This document shows positions 38,401 through 50,476 of a stretch of DNA of 64,000 nt, piece after piece; position 1 is the stretch's first letter, and the number at the start of each line of letters is the position of its first letter. Source of the stretch: Lytechinus pictus (Eukaryota); the NCBI RefSeq assembly GCF_037042905.1, contig NC_087250.1, forward strand, positions 15,006,001-15,070,000. Direction: 5' to 3'. The translations under genes and the position numbers were made by a program. The notes under the pieces are model-generated. The model worked only from the letters and a program-made list of their open reading frames with translations. It made no database searches and was not told the DNA's origin.

Positions 38401-41400
38401 AAAACACATGATGTAAATGCACTTTTATTACTATCAGTCGTGAAATACAGAAAAAATCTTACATGAATATAACTTTATTTCGGATTGTACTTTTTACGAA
38501 TTCACAAAAAGAGTCAAACGCCATTATTTCGAGTACAAGAAAAATATCGCAGCGTTGAAATTCCAGTCATCATCATTTCCATATTTATGAAGTAATAAAC
38601 GTTATATTATTTATGGGCGGAATACTGCATGATTATTTTGTTATCACTTATGTAAACTTCATTTTCACGAGACCCACACTCTAATACTCACTTAGATATA
38701 GCATCCATTTCGTTGTCGCCAAGCCTGTAATTAAACTGGTCAATATGGAATTCACCAAACATATCTGAAGTATCCAGTTATCGTTAAGGAATCGAGGTAG
38801 CACCGCACCACCAACAATCATTCCTGAAACGATAGTTATTGAAATGAAATATTACATTTGTCAACATGTACCGTACCATCCACAATCATTCCTGAAACAA
38901 TAGTATAATAATAATATAATAACAACGCAGTTCTTGTATAGCGCACATCACATTATGTCATAACGTCCCTATACGCTTCCAAAGGACTTGGATATTGTTA
39001 CCTTGGCTTTAGCTTCACGGTCTTTTACAGCGCGGTGGCATTTCAAGGAATTAATTACTGCCAGGTAACCAATCATCTTACCTTGGTTGAGTGCAGCACA
39101 GCGTGGATGAATTTCTTGTTGAAGGAAATTATACCATGGCTAGGGTTCGAACCTACGACCCTCTGCATATAAATCAGAAGAGTAATCCACTGGGCCACAA
39201 CGCTACAGAAGGTGCAACGCATTATCACACAATCAATGCTGAATGAATACAAAGTACTAGTATATACGGTATCTACAAGAATTATTTGAATACTAAATAC
39301 AGACAGTATATCCTCACGTAATTATTAACACTTGCAGGACATTTATAAACATACTACTAAATCCCCTTTAATACAACAAATTAGCAACATTAAAAAATCC
39401 TTTTATTGCTGTAATTTTCCATTAATAAGAGTCTTCATATCTTAATAAAAATGATAGACGTCGATGAGAGCTCCTGCATGACTTACCTATGGACCCAAAG
39501 TTGACGTTGATGACAGCTCATGCATGACTTACCTATGAACCCAGAGCTGACGTTGATGACAGCTCATGCATGACTTACCTATGGACCCAAAGTTGACGGT
39601 GATAACAGCTCATGCATGACTTACCTATGGACCCAAAGTTGACGTTGATGACAGCTCATGCATGACTTACCTATGAACCCAGAGCTGACGTTGATGACAG
39701 CTCATGCATGACTTACCTATGGACCCAGAGTTTACGTTGATGACAGCTCGTGCATGACTTACCAAAGGACTAAGAGTTTACGTTGATGACAGCTCGTGCA
39801 TGACTTACCAAAGGACTAAGAGTTGACGTTGATGACAGCTCATGCATGACTTACCTATGGACCCAGAGATGACATGTGTGACACTGACCAATGACACATC
39901 CGATGGTAGATAAAAAAGCTCAAATTTTCGACTTACTTATCACGCAGGAGCCAGTGGACATTATAGTTTCGATAAGCTGACAGACGTCGACAACTCTTGG
40001 AAGTAGTCCCTATGGACCCAAAGGTCACAGATGTGGTGCTAGTGAAGGACACATAAACAATTCGTATTTACCTATCACACAGGAGCTCCCGAGCAAGTTG
40101 TCATATTAGAATCAATAAGCTGACGGAGTTCGATTAACGCTCATGCATGACTTCTCCATATGGACCCAAAGCCCACAGATGTGATGCTGACGAAAGACGA
40201 ATCCAAAAGCCCTAAGCAGATGACCCAAAGGATCTATTTACTTATTGTGCAGGAGCTCCATTGACAACTAGTGGAAATTATAGTTTCAGTAAGCTGACCG
40301 ACATCGGCCACAGCTCTTCCGTGACCTCCCTACGGACCCAAAGACCACAGACGTAATGCTGACGAAAGGGCACATCCAAAGTACTAAGTACTGTGGTCAT
40401 TAGAGTCTCGATATACTGACAGACTTCGATGAAGTTCCTGCATGACTTACCTATGGATCCAGAGACAACGGATGTGACACTGACGAAGGACACTTCCAAA
40501 GGCCCTAGACAGAAGGGCTCACCCAAGCTGTAAACGACGAAAACCTGAGATGCTGATTGGACTACAAAAACGGCGAACATCATGATGACAGTATAGCCAA
40601 TCACTTTCATTCGCCGTTTATCTGTATTTTCCTGCATGAGAAGAAAATAACTGATATCACAGAAGGGTAGACAGAAATAATCGTCTTTTCAATCAAGGGA
40701 TATGTTAACAGTCTATTACTACTATTACTATTATTACTACTATTCCCATCACAGAGGTACGTGGGGCCAACGAAGTTCAGCGGTACAACATAATGTACAA
40801 AGACTATATATTTTGGTCAGACACAAGGTCTAAGTGAGTAACGATAATACTTCAAATTGAAAAGGATGTCTGAAAACCGCCAGACACGCGTTGAGCCTCT
40901 GAAATATTTGCTCCCCCTTTAACCTGATTGGAAGGCAAGGGGGGGGGGGGGAGGTTATGGGATGCATTTCATTAATGTAATCAGTACACTATGTTATTAA
41001 CTTTCAAACAGGCTGTAGATTTACAGAACACTTTTTTATATTCTAGGTCCGTCTAAGTTCTTCAAAAATGAACTAAAGAATACTTCATTCCCATCGTGTT
41101 TCGCATAATCTCACCTTCAATAAGTGATAGATTCCGACTAGGACCTTTGTTACTTGTGAACCGGCCTTATCAGCCTTCTTCCTATCAACAGTCTCGATGA
41201 TCAACCATGGGGAAAGAACATACACCAGTGATGCAAGGGTACACCCTAAAGCTATCCACAGCGGGGGAAGATACTTATTGAGCGTCGGGTCCTGACTCTC
41301 CTGCAGAGTAAACCCAAGCGCTATTTGTCCGATCCCGAACCCAACAAACAGCATGGTCTCTACGATGACAATACGCATCGTTCTCGTTTTCGCTGAGGAC

Positions 41401-42735
41401 AAGTCGGACACGTAGGCTGCACTCGTTGAGAGGAGCAGCGAAAGCCCTCCGCCGAGACCGCCGATGAGATCCCCGGCGATGAAGGCCGGGATGGGGAGGT
41501 GGAAGTAGATGACGAGGATATTGCCAGCGGTGTTTAAGAGGTAACCGAAAAGGCACAATCCCAGGGCCGGTTTACGGCCGAGCCGGTCGCTGATGGATCC
41601 GAGGATTATAGCCATGAACAGACCTGAAATGGAACAATCAGTCAAGACCACGGTGAAAAGAATCATAGAAACAAGATCGAGGAGAGGGAACGGATGATTT
41701 AAAACCTTCACAATATCAATACACTCATGGAGAGCATTAAACATTTGTCGTAAGTCATGTCAGATCTTACAACTTTCCTAGACATTGATTGACTGAAGAG
41801 CACGGTTCATTTGGTAACCAACTGCCAGTAAAATACTTTGTCGAATAAAACATATCGCTCGATCTATTTAAGTTAGTCAAACTCGATCTGGCTCTCATTA
41901 CACAACGCTTCTGACAATGCTGTCCTTTCACATAATGACCAATGTAATCATGGGTACATAAATTGCCCTTCCAATGGCTAACCTTTTCTTTTGTCACAAG
42001 ACAAAGGTCTATAAGTTCGTTTTGTATCCAACTAGCTCATCTTCTTACTATTTCGTCTTTTCAACGTGACGTGTAGCTATTTCACCCAATTACCAGAACT
42101 GCTTGCCACGTTCTCTGGCTCGTTTTACTTTAGATTGGACGAATCAGACCAACTTATTAGACCAAGAGATAATTAGCCCAAGTGAGCATCAGACCTTTTG
42201 TGAATATTGAGACCGATTCACACAAAAAAACTTGACCAACGCGGGTTAGCCCGAAAGCATAATGACCCATAGATTGATTACACCAAAGAATTTGAAACCA
42301 GGCTTCAATAATCCATCTTCACTTACCTGGAATTGCGTTTATTGCACCAAGAATAAGAAGCCACTGGGCAGTTGTAGCTTGGATGCCATCTTCAACACTC
42401 GAAGAATTTCCACCACATGTTTTATTGTGCGTCGATGTGTTGTAGTGGTAGACATCCCTTGCTATCCGCTCCCTGAGGTATTCCGACCGCAACGTGCTGA
42501 GAATACTTATGCTCAAAGTCACTAGAAGAAGTGGCAGTTCGACCGTTAGGTACCTAGAGCGCGCCCTCTCGAGATTGACCTGAAAGGCTTTCTCAGGATG
42601 CAATGATGGGTTGGGTACTGGGATATAACTCGCGTTGATGCTTGGGGTTTTCGTAGGGTTGCCAGAATTAGTACTGAAGTCATCCTCGTTGACACTGCGC
42701 CCTCTCACCAACTCGTCATACGCACTGTCTTCCAT
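35433..42735 (-). CDS. SLC46A1-like: SLC46-family MFS transporter, paralog B, 7 coding exons, 513 aa
   Basis: Exons on the minus strand: 42735-42327, 41623-41115, 40631-40451, 38823-38692, 38353-38270, 37199-37043, 35502-35433. Introns are GT-AG with consistent phases, giving 1542 nt. Motifs: GSISDRLGRK, AYVSDLSSAKTRTMR, PVIRSQLSKM. Internal exons of 181/132/84/157 nt match paralog A in length. Confidence 0.9.
35604..35907. mobile_element. MITE of the GGCCCGTATTCTGAA TIR family; other copies at about 31882-32140 and 60-171
   Basis: GGCCCGTATTCTGAA...TTCAGAATACGGGCC termini. Confidence 0.8.
37343..37520. mobile_element. Hairpin MITE
   Basis: TTTCATAGAGCTG...AGCGACTTTAAGAACGACTGGTGATCCTTTCTT and its inverted copy. 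Confidence 0.75.
38905..39145 (-). mobile_element. tRNA-derived SINE (same family), minus strand
   Basis: Reverse complement of the A/B boxes (ccactgggccacaacgct, gggttcgaacc) and of the body. Confidence 0.7.
39471..39870. repeat. 46-bp minisatellite (9 units) derived from the exon3/intron3 donor junction of SLC46 paralog B
   Basis: ACTTACC recurs at 39481, 39527, 39573, 39619, 39665, 39711, 39757, 39803 and 39849. The unit matches catgacttacctatgga at the true donor (40441-40457). Confidence 0.92.
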
Positions 42736-43911
42736 TGTGTGCGCCTCTTCTGCAATGTAAATTCAGTAAAGTTTATAAGTAGGTTGTTTGAATTTAATAG
42801 CATTGTTGATTCACATCCGGTTCGGCCGGAAGGTCAAACGGTCTAGGCCTCGTAACACAAAGGTTAGCGATAAATCGCTAAATGAAATGGCCTATCAAGA
42901 TCATATACCATGATCCATATACCATATTTCTCAGTACACTGACTAGGAGCCAATCAAAATCGTTCTTTCAAATTAGCGATTGATCGCTATTCTTTGTGTA
43001 ACGGGGCCCTGGATTTCGCGAACTATCATGTTGAATTTGAGCATTTCAATAGTGGAACACATCTTCCCATTGTGCAATATGTAAACACACTGGGAATTTC
43101 ACACTGTGTGATACAACGTTCTTTTCAGCGAGTTTATATACCGCCCTTTTACACGGAAAAAAAAATCGTAATTTGAATGATGATTCCAATGAAAAATAAG
43201 GCTAATGAGGAATTTTAGCACGTGTGAAACCAAATTAGAATGACGAACGCTAATGACAATCACGAATTCAAATCCTACTCAGCATGCACAGGGGTGAATT
43301 CCAGCTAGGGTCCACTCAAATTAAGGTACGAATTTACCGTGTGAAAGATCCGTTGATTCTAAAGACGAATTACAATCATCATCACAATGATGATTCAAGA
43401 TTCACGTGTGAAAAGGCCCATAGTGCAAGCCTTGTAGAATATTTCCTGAGTTGTTTTGTCAATCGAGGAACAGCAGGCCTATATTCTATCATACAATTGA
43501 CTTGGTAATAATGGAAACATGTGGAACCGATTTTTTGAAATGTGTTTGAGCAATGTGCCTGAAAATGTCATATCCGATGCATGACGGTGTGTGTCAGGGT
43601 GTGTGTTGGGGGTGGGGTGGGTGTGTATGTGTGCGCGCGGGGGGGGGGGGCAGCTCACATATCACATATCGCATGTTAGTGAGTATATCTCTGAAGTAGT
43701 AAATATTAAATCTTTAAAGGATCGTAAATTCTTTAACAGGTTTTCGTCAATTCAAAGCTCTAAATAGCATAAGAAAAAAAAAAACCAATAATATTGATGG
43801 CTTTGATTTTTTTGTCACGTTTCAAATTTATCTTTAATGTTTGCAATACTTTTTGGGCTATTGAATTTTAATTTCGGGCAACCAAAACAAAAATAAAATA
43901 TGATGATTTTT

Positions 43912-44213
43912 GGGGGCACGTCGTGGTCTAGTGATTCTTACTCTTGCCTTTCAAACAGAGGGTCGTGGGTTCGAATCCTAGCCATGGCGTGTTTTTCTTC
44001 AGCAAGAAATTTGTCCACACAGTGCTGTACTCGACCAAGGCGAGGTGAATGGGTACGCGGCAGGATTAATTCCTTGAATGCTTGAGCGCCTAGGCAGCCC
44101 AGCTTTAGCCGGGGTAATAATAGCAGGGCCTGCTGGGAGAACAGTTTTCGGAACTGAAGTGGCTACTCTGGGTAAATATACCGCTATTATCATTATCATT
44201 ATTATTATTATTA
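43912..44213 (+). mobile_element. tRNA-derived SINE (same family as 28648-28902)
   Basis: GTGGTCTAGTG A-box, GGTTCGAATCC B-box, shared body and (ATT)n tail. Confidence 0.75.
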
Positions 44214-47200
44214 CCTACAAGAAATAGTGTGAAGCCTTGCTGTAAGTCTATGTTGACATTTCCAGATTACCAACGACCGTGAAGCCTGGCCTTATAAAAA
44301 AAATCAGCAATGAACATAGATAAACATATGAAAAATAGCCCCAGTGGCCCCCAAAAATTGTGGAACTATTCAAGGGTGCTTTTTAAATCACAAAAATGAA
44401 AATAGCCCTCGATAAATTTTTGGCCTGCATTAGTTCCAACCTCGATGACAACCCAAGAACTCCTAAATCTATTTATTACCATTCAAAATTAGCCTTTGGT
44501 ATGGCACGTTCTTTCTATGACGAGAATATATTCTGTCACGTGGAACGACAATTTTTAACTCATTATAGTGATCACACACATCATTTATAATGCAAATACA
44601 TTAGAATATATTCTTTTCACTTGATGTATATGCAATAAATGTTTTGACAGATTTATTGCCAGTATATCACGTTTCATTTTTTCATGCATAACCTTATTGA
44701 TAAGAGTTTAACCTTTTGTTTACATCCCTGACCTACGTTTCTGACACCCCTAAGGGCCCGCGAAAATGGGGGGGGGGGGGCTTCAGTCTATCCACTTTTT
44801 CCCCCCAAACCGTGTACAAAACGTAAAAATGACTTCTGATTGTGAATTTTTCATGGTCAGCCCCCAATTTCAAAACCGTTCCCATTCCCCTTCACCTTTT
44901 TGTTTTACAATTAAAAATAAAAATAAAAAAGTTATTCAAATTCAAATTCAATTTTTTTTTATTTCACTTCCATCAAACAAAAACACATTGTATACCATAT
45001 ATAAACATAAATATTTGTATCCGTTGCAATCCGTTATTGAATTGAATTGCACGGTTCGTGTAGGATTTTGATATATATTATTTCTATTACAAATAGAATT
45101 GAATTTGAACTTGAATATGGGATCAGATATGGATTCAAAATCACCATGCGAACTGGGCAAAAATTTTGATGCACATATCACTTTTAACAAAACAAATAGG
45201 TAATAATAATCACAAGACATTTTCTATATTTTTTGCCAGCGCGTTTTATGTTGAGAAATAATGTAGCAACGTAACATTCAAATCGAACTTTTAACACTAG
45301 TTTGTTCTAAATGTAAAGTTGTTTCCCCGCATTGACAAGAACGTCACAAAAAAAAAACAATTAATCACGAGTTAATTCTATAAAAGTTTATGAAGCTTAT
45401 ACGCACTTCACATCATGAATCATGTGACACATCGAGTGCGCATATAGTCCGAACTTTGGTTTATAATACATCATATGCACCGGTTATCATTAGGTTAAAA
45501 GCCAAGGTCAGTAGGCCCTACGTTGGAGGCGGTTCTGATGACCTGACTCATATTGTTTACGAGATATTGGCTAGCTTGGGCCCGAAAGAGGTGTATGGGG
45601 ATATTTTGTTGGCGGTGGCACGTTGGTGGTTGGGGGTATTAAGGCCCTCGCAAAAAAGGGCGATTCTTTCTTTAACCATTTTTGGTTTAACTACTTTTTA
45701 TTAGATTCTCTTATACTAGTAGTCTGTTTTGTTTGTGATTTTATCAATGTCTTTTTATGATGAAGGGCATAAATGCGTTTTATTAGCCAATCAACTTTTG
45801 TATTGATTGTGTTTTATACCGTTCACTCTGTTAGTTTAGTAATGGTAAGATTTATTGAGGAGGACCTCGATTGGGATTAGTTATTTAGTCAATCTTTTTT
45901 CCTTTCCCTCCATTTGCGTGAAAATCTCGTTCCTATTGCTTTTTATTCTTGGTTGATGATGCCGGATGAAATGTTTGAATTCACCAGCTTTCGTCAAAGA
46001 CTTCTTCGTATGCTTCTATGCTGTAGTCTGCTGGGCAAACCGTTCACTCGAGTAAAGGGTCTGAATTGCAGCCTACTCATGCCTTGTGTACTGAAGGCCC
46101 TGAAACAGCAAGATTTGTATGTGCTAGTCTTTGCGTGGAGACACACTTGTTGATCAAAGTTTCAATCAGGGTCTGTGCCTGCAGACTACTTCATATGCAT
46201 TTGACAATACATGTTCTAAGGTTTTTCTTTTTTAATCCGTCATGCATCATGAAAGCAAAAATCCCTAACAAAACAGTCTGAGGACACGGATTCAAACGTG
46301 TATAAATCGGAGATTTTACTCTGTGGACCATTGACATCGCAGCTTTCATTTAACTCAAATACGATATGAACGCGGAATACACAAGAACATTATTATATAT
46401 CAAACTGGCAATTGTCATTCTGTGTAATGGGGAAATCAAAACATATTTATAACATTCTGAAATGATGATTTTTATCAGAAGTTCATAGCTAATTATAAGT
46501 CAAGCGCCAAAAAAAAATGATACTGGTATACTGCGGATAGCTTTATTAACGTGAATGACATTAAGGTAAATATTTTGAATTTAAAATATGAGTATAATAA
46601 ATTTGCGTCACAAATCAGTGACAGCCGCTTCTGCAATTACGTTTAATCACCCAATACACAGTTAAAACGCTGTTTAAAAGATTAATGTTATACAACACTC
46701 TTTACTATAATAACCATACAGTGGTTGTTTAACCAGTTCAAACAAGTGTTTAAAATCTTAAACAGCAGAGTTTATTGTTTAATTCTCAATAGATTAAGCA
46801 TGGTTATTTAAACTGTGAAGAACTACTGTACGTTTCATATAGTAAACATCGTTGTATAAAGCTTTACACGGCGTTTTTCTTGGCCTGTCGCATATTGTTC
46901 ACGATATATACCCTACGGGTCCACAAGCCCTAAAGCGTTTTGATGAGATCAACAGAGCAACTCTGACACAGCAGAACGCTAACACGAAAATACAATGTCA
47001 AGCCCGAATACTACTCAGACTGATTCTGTTTTTGATCGCCTGTATAGGCCTTGTATGTTCCACAAGCTTTACACAATCACAAACATTTTAATACTTACAT
47101 AATTTAAATACTCAGTAGCCTCCCTGTGCGTAAATCACTCCATTCTTGTCTTAATGCATGAAATTTACAATGGAATACATATATAGATTTCAATGTATGC

Positions 47201-48524
47201 ATTGAGAAACTTATGTCAATACTGAACTTAGCGGGCATGAAATAAAGGGGCCAACTTTGTTTGAACATTGTTGACTAGTCTGTGATATCAGACTGCATTG
47301 TTGAGATGCATTTCTTTATACACAGTAAAAACGCTGTTTAAGATTTTATACAACGCTGTCTACTATATGAACCTTACAGTATTTGTTTAACCGTTTAAAC
47401 ATTCATGTTTAATTTATTGAAGATTAGATATTGAAAATTATACTTTGTTGCTTAAGATTTAAACACTTGTTTAAACTTTAAACAATTACTGTAAGGTTCA
47501 TATAGTAAACAGCTTTGTATATTTTTTTTTACTGTGTAACCGATATGATGTTATTGAAGGGAGAAGTTTATTCAATCAATAAACAAATATGAATTGATGC
47601 ATGGTCTCATTCCGCCAAGAGTAGGCGCCATTATACCGGTAATGACATTTTCAATTTATCATAACAATGTGAAATTTGCTTAAACTGTGACAATTCAGTA
47701 CATATTCTAGTTGAAGGCAATAATGAAAAAAAAAACGGATATAGTTTGCAAGTGTGAAAGAAGAGTCTTAGGGTCAAGTTAAAAGGTCAGTTCAAGAGTA
47801 GATATTCATCATATCTATTTTCCAAAATATTTCATGCCTTTAAGTTATTCTAGTTAATGATAAAAATATGATAAATTTACATAACGCAGCCACGTTACTT
47901 TCCTGTACTTAAAAAAAAAAAAACTCGCATTGCTTACACCACACATTAAAAAATATATTCAATACTTTTAAATACATTCAGATTGGGGCGTGTATTCATT
48001 GTCATTTTGTTCCTTACATGTCTTTCATGAATTTTATTCTAAAAAGCAATTCAAAACGATAAATCTCTCAATCTTTTAACTCAATAAATACTGTTTTAGT
48101 AAAGATTCAGTTTCACCACAATTTCAAGTTTTCTCCTTTGTTTAGATTGACTAATATGATTAATTTATTTAAATATAATAAAGACTACCATCAATACAAT
48201 ACCCTTCCCACTCTAAATTCCATTATCCTGTAGCATTCAATCAGTCAACCCTTTATCTATTTAAATCCACTGGTCCTCGAATATGGAATTCCCTCCCTTC
48301 CACTGTAATTTCTAGCACAAATGTTACTGCTATGCATTTAAAAAAACCCTCAAAAGTTCACTTGTAATTATGTATGCCAATTAATCACATAATTCATATC
48401 CATACCCTTTTCCTGACCCCCTCCCCCTCTCCCGTATAAGTTTATCGTCTTATTTCTTATGTATTGTTTGTGTTTATTATTGTTGCCTTTTTACTTGTAT
48501 GTACGTTTATATATATATATATAT

Positions 48525-48606
<82 letters not shown>

Positions 48607-48684
48607 CGATATTACGTTCCGCGTGTTGGACATAGAAGATATTAATGAGGCAAAGTGGTAATGCATTGTACTTAGTTCCAACAG

Positions 48685-48744
48685 TTTATTTTGAATTCCA
48701 AATTTTCGACGTTAAACATACGTCTTCCTCAGGGATACAATAAA
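48685..48744 (-). ncRNA. Identical hammerhead ribozyme motif in the opposite arm of the inverted repeat
   Basis: Exact reverse complement of 48954-49013. Confidence 0.65.
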
Positions 48745-48953
48745 GCTCACAGAGACAAGAACTGAAATAATAACATTCATGATTGTGGTAGTCATGGAAC
48801 CGCGCACAAAACAGCATCACCATCATAATAATAAAAAAAATTAAAAAAAAGCATGCTTTTTTATTATTATTATGATGGTGATGCTGTTTTGTGCGCGGTT
48901 CCATGACTACCACAATCATGAATGTTATTATTTCAGTTCTTGTCTCTGTGAGC

Positions 48954-49013
48954 TTTATTGTATCCCTGAGGAAGACGTATGTTTAACGTCGAAAATTTGG
49001 AATTCAAAATAAA
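48954..49013 (+). ncRNA. Minimal type I hammerhead ribozyme motif (Penelope-like element type)
   Basis: TCC-CTGAGGA-A-GACGT(ATGTTTA)ACGTC-GAAA-AT-TT-GGA. This gives the CUGAnGA core at 48966-48972, a 5-bp stem II, GAAA at 48991-48994, a palindromic AAATTT stem III and stem I TCC/GGA. AATAAA follows. Confidence 0.65.
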
Positions 49014-49051
49014 CTGTTGGAACTAAGTACAATGCATTACCACTTTGCCTC

Positions 49052-49111
<60 letters not shown>

Positions 49112-50476
49112 TGGCAGAAGCGGATCTAGAGGGGGGGTTGGGGGGGTTGCAACCCCCCAAAAAAAAATATCCGGGGACCATTTTTTTTAATCTTATCTTT
49201 TTTAGATGCAAGAAAACGCCATTTTCACACACAGATTTTCAAAAATTTTCCCTACTGTGGGAGGGGGGACACCCCCTCCCACACCCTCCCCCCTCGCTCG
49301 CTCCGCTCGCTTGGACTCGGTCGCTACGCTCCCTCGCATACCACCCCAACCCCCCCTTTATAAAAAGCTGGATCCGCCCCTGATTGGGTGTACCACTCAT
49401 CAAGCTTTTGCTTTTAGGGGCACCCTATAATCATTTAAACTATACTGTACATTCATGTATGATTTTGTATATATTTTGGTTTGTATATTGATTTTTCAAA
49501 TGATTGAATAAAATGAATGAAAAAAAAACCTGTGTGTTTCTTCTTTTACTTCTTCTTCGTCTTATCTTCTATTTCTTATTCTTCTTTTTTCTTCTCCCTC
49601 TTCTTCTGTTATTTTCCTCTCCTTCTCCTCCTTTTTCTTCTTCTTCTCCTCCTCCCCCTCTTTCTTCTTCTTCCTCCTCCTCTTTCAATCACCGTTCTGC
49701 CTCATCCGGTGGCGGATCTGGGGGGGGGGGAACAGCCCCTCTTTTTGAGAGCCATGATAACAATTTGTAATGTAACTCGTTTTTACGCAAGTGTCCCCCC
49801 TCGAAAAAGAGGAATTTTTTTTGCTTGTCTAATTTTCCACGGACAAAATGACCTTCAATACGTCCAGGCGCGGATCCAGGGGGGGGGGGGGGGGGGAGGG
49901 GGCACAGGGGGCACAGGGGGCACGTGCCCCTTTTTGAGAAGCAAAATTGATATTTGTAATGTAAAAATGCCATTAAAACCAAGGTGTGCCCCCTCAAGTG
50001 TTGACTTTTATAAAGGTTTGGGGTGACTATGAGGTTCTCTGTAAATATTTTGTTCGACTTTGCTTTGTTCCTTACAGGAATGGCGTTTTGTTTGGACATC
50101 TTTTAACCTCTATACCTATCATATCCTATGTACTGAGTCTGTATTACTCAATGTACATTTTGTGCATGTGCAGAGTTTCTATTGCTCTCTGCTCTGCTCT
50201 CCACTTGTACATTTACTTGTACAATACCAGTCACACATCTTTGATGCCTGTTTGCCTGGCTCAGCCAGGGAACGGTGAATTACATGTATCTAGTGTTCTC
50301 TTTTTTGAGGCAGGTGGGCAGTGTCGGGGATGTGTGGCTGGCGGTGTTATTTAATTGCACCTGGCAAGACTTTATTAAGCTTTTTTATTCTGCCAAACTA
50401 GTCTTAAGCATTAAAGATATCTAATATAACTTTTTTGTGTATTTTTTTTTAAATAATATATAAGTGTAATTTTTGT

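Larger units (their letters stand above)
48639..49059. repeat. Perfect long inverted repeat (arms 48639-48834 and 48864-49059, 196 bp each, 29-bp spacer); probable inverted Penelope-like pseudo-LTR remnant between (TA)n tracts
   Basis: The arms are reverse complements base by base. (TA)n lies at about 48509-48605 and 49056-49107. Confidence 0.9.

Noticed and set aside
39471..39870. CRISPR-like regular array
   Set aside because: The units are contiguous near-identical 46-mers with no unique spacers. They derive from the adjacent exon junction, the context is eukaryotic, and there are no cas genes.
48686..48919. 77-aa ORF within the palindrome
   Set aside because: No recognisable domain; a by-product of the inverted repeat.
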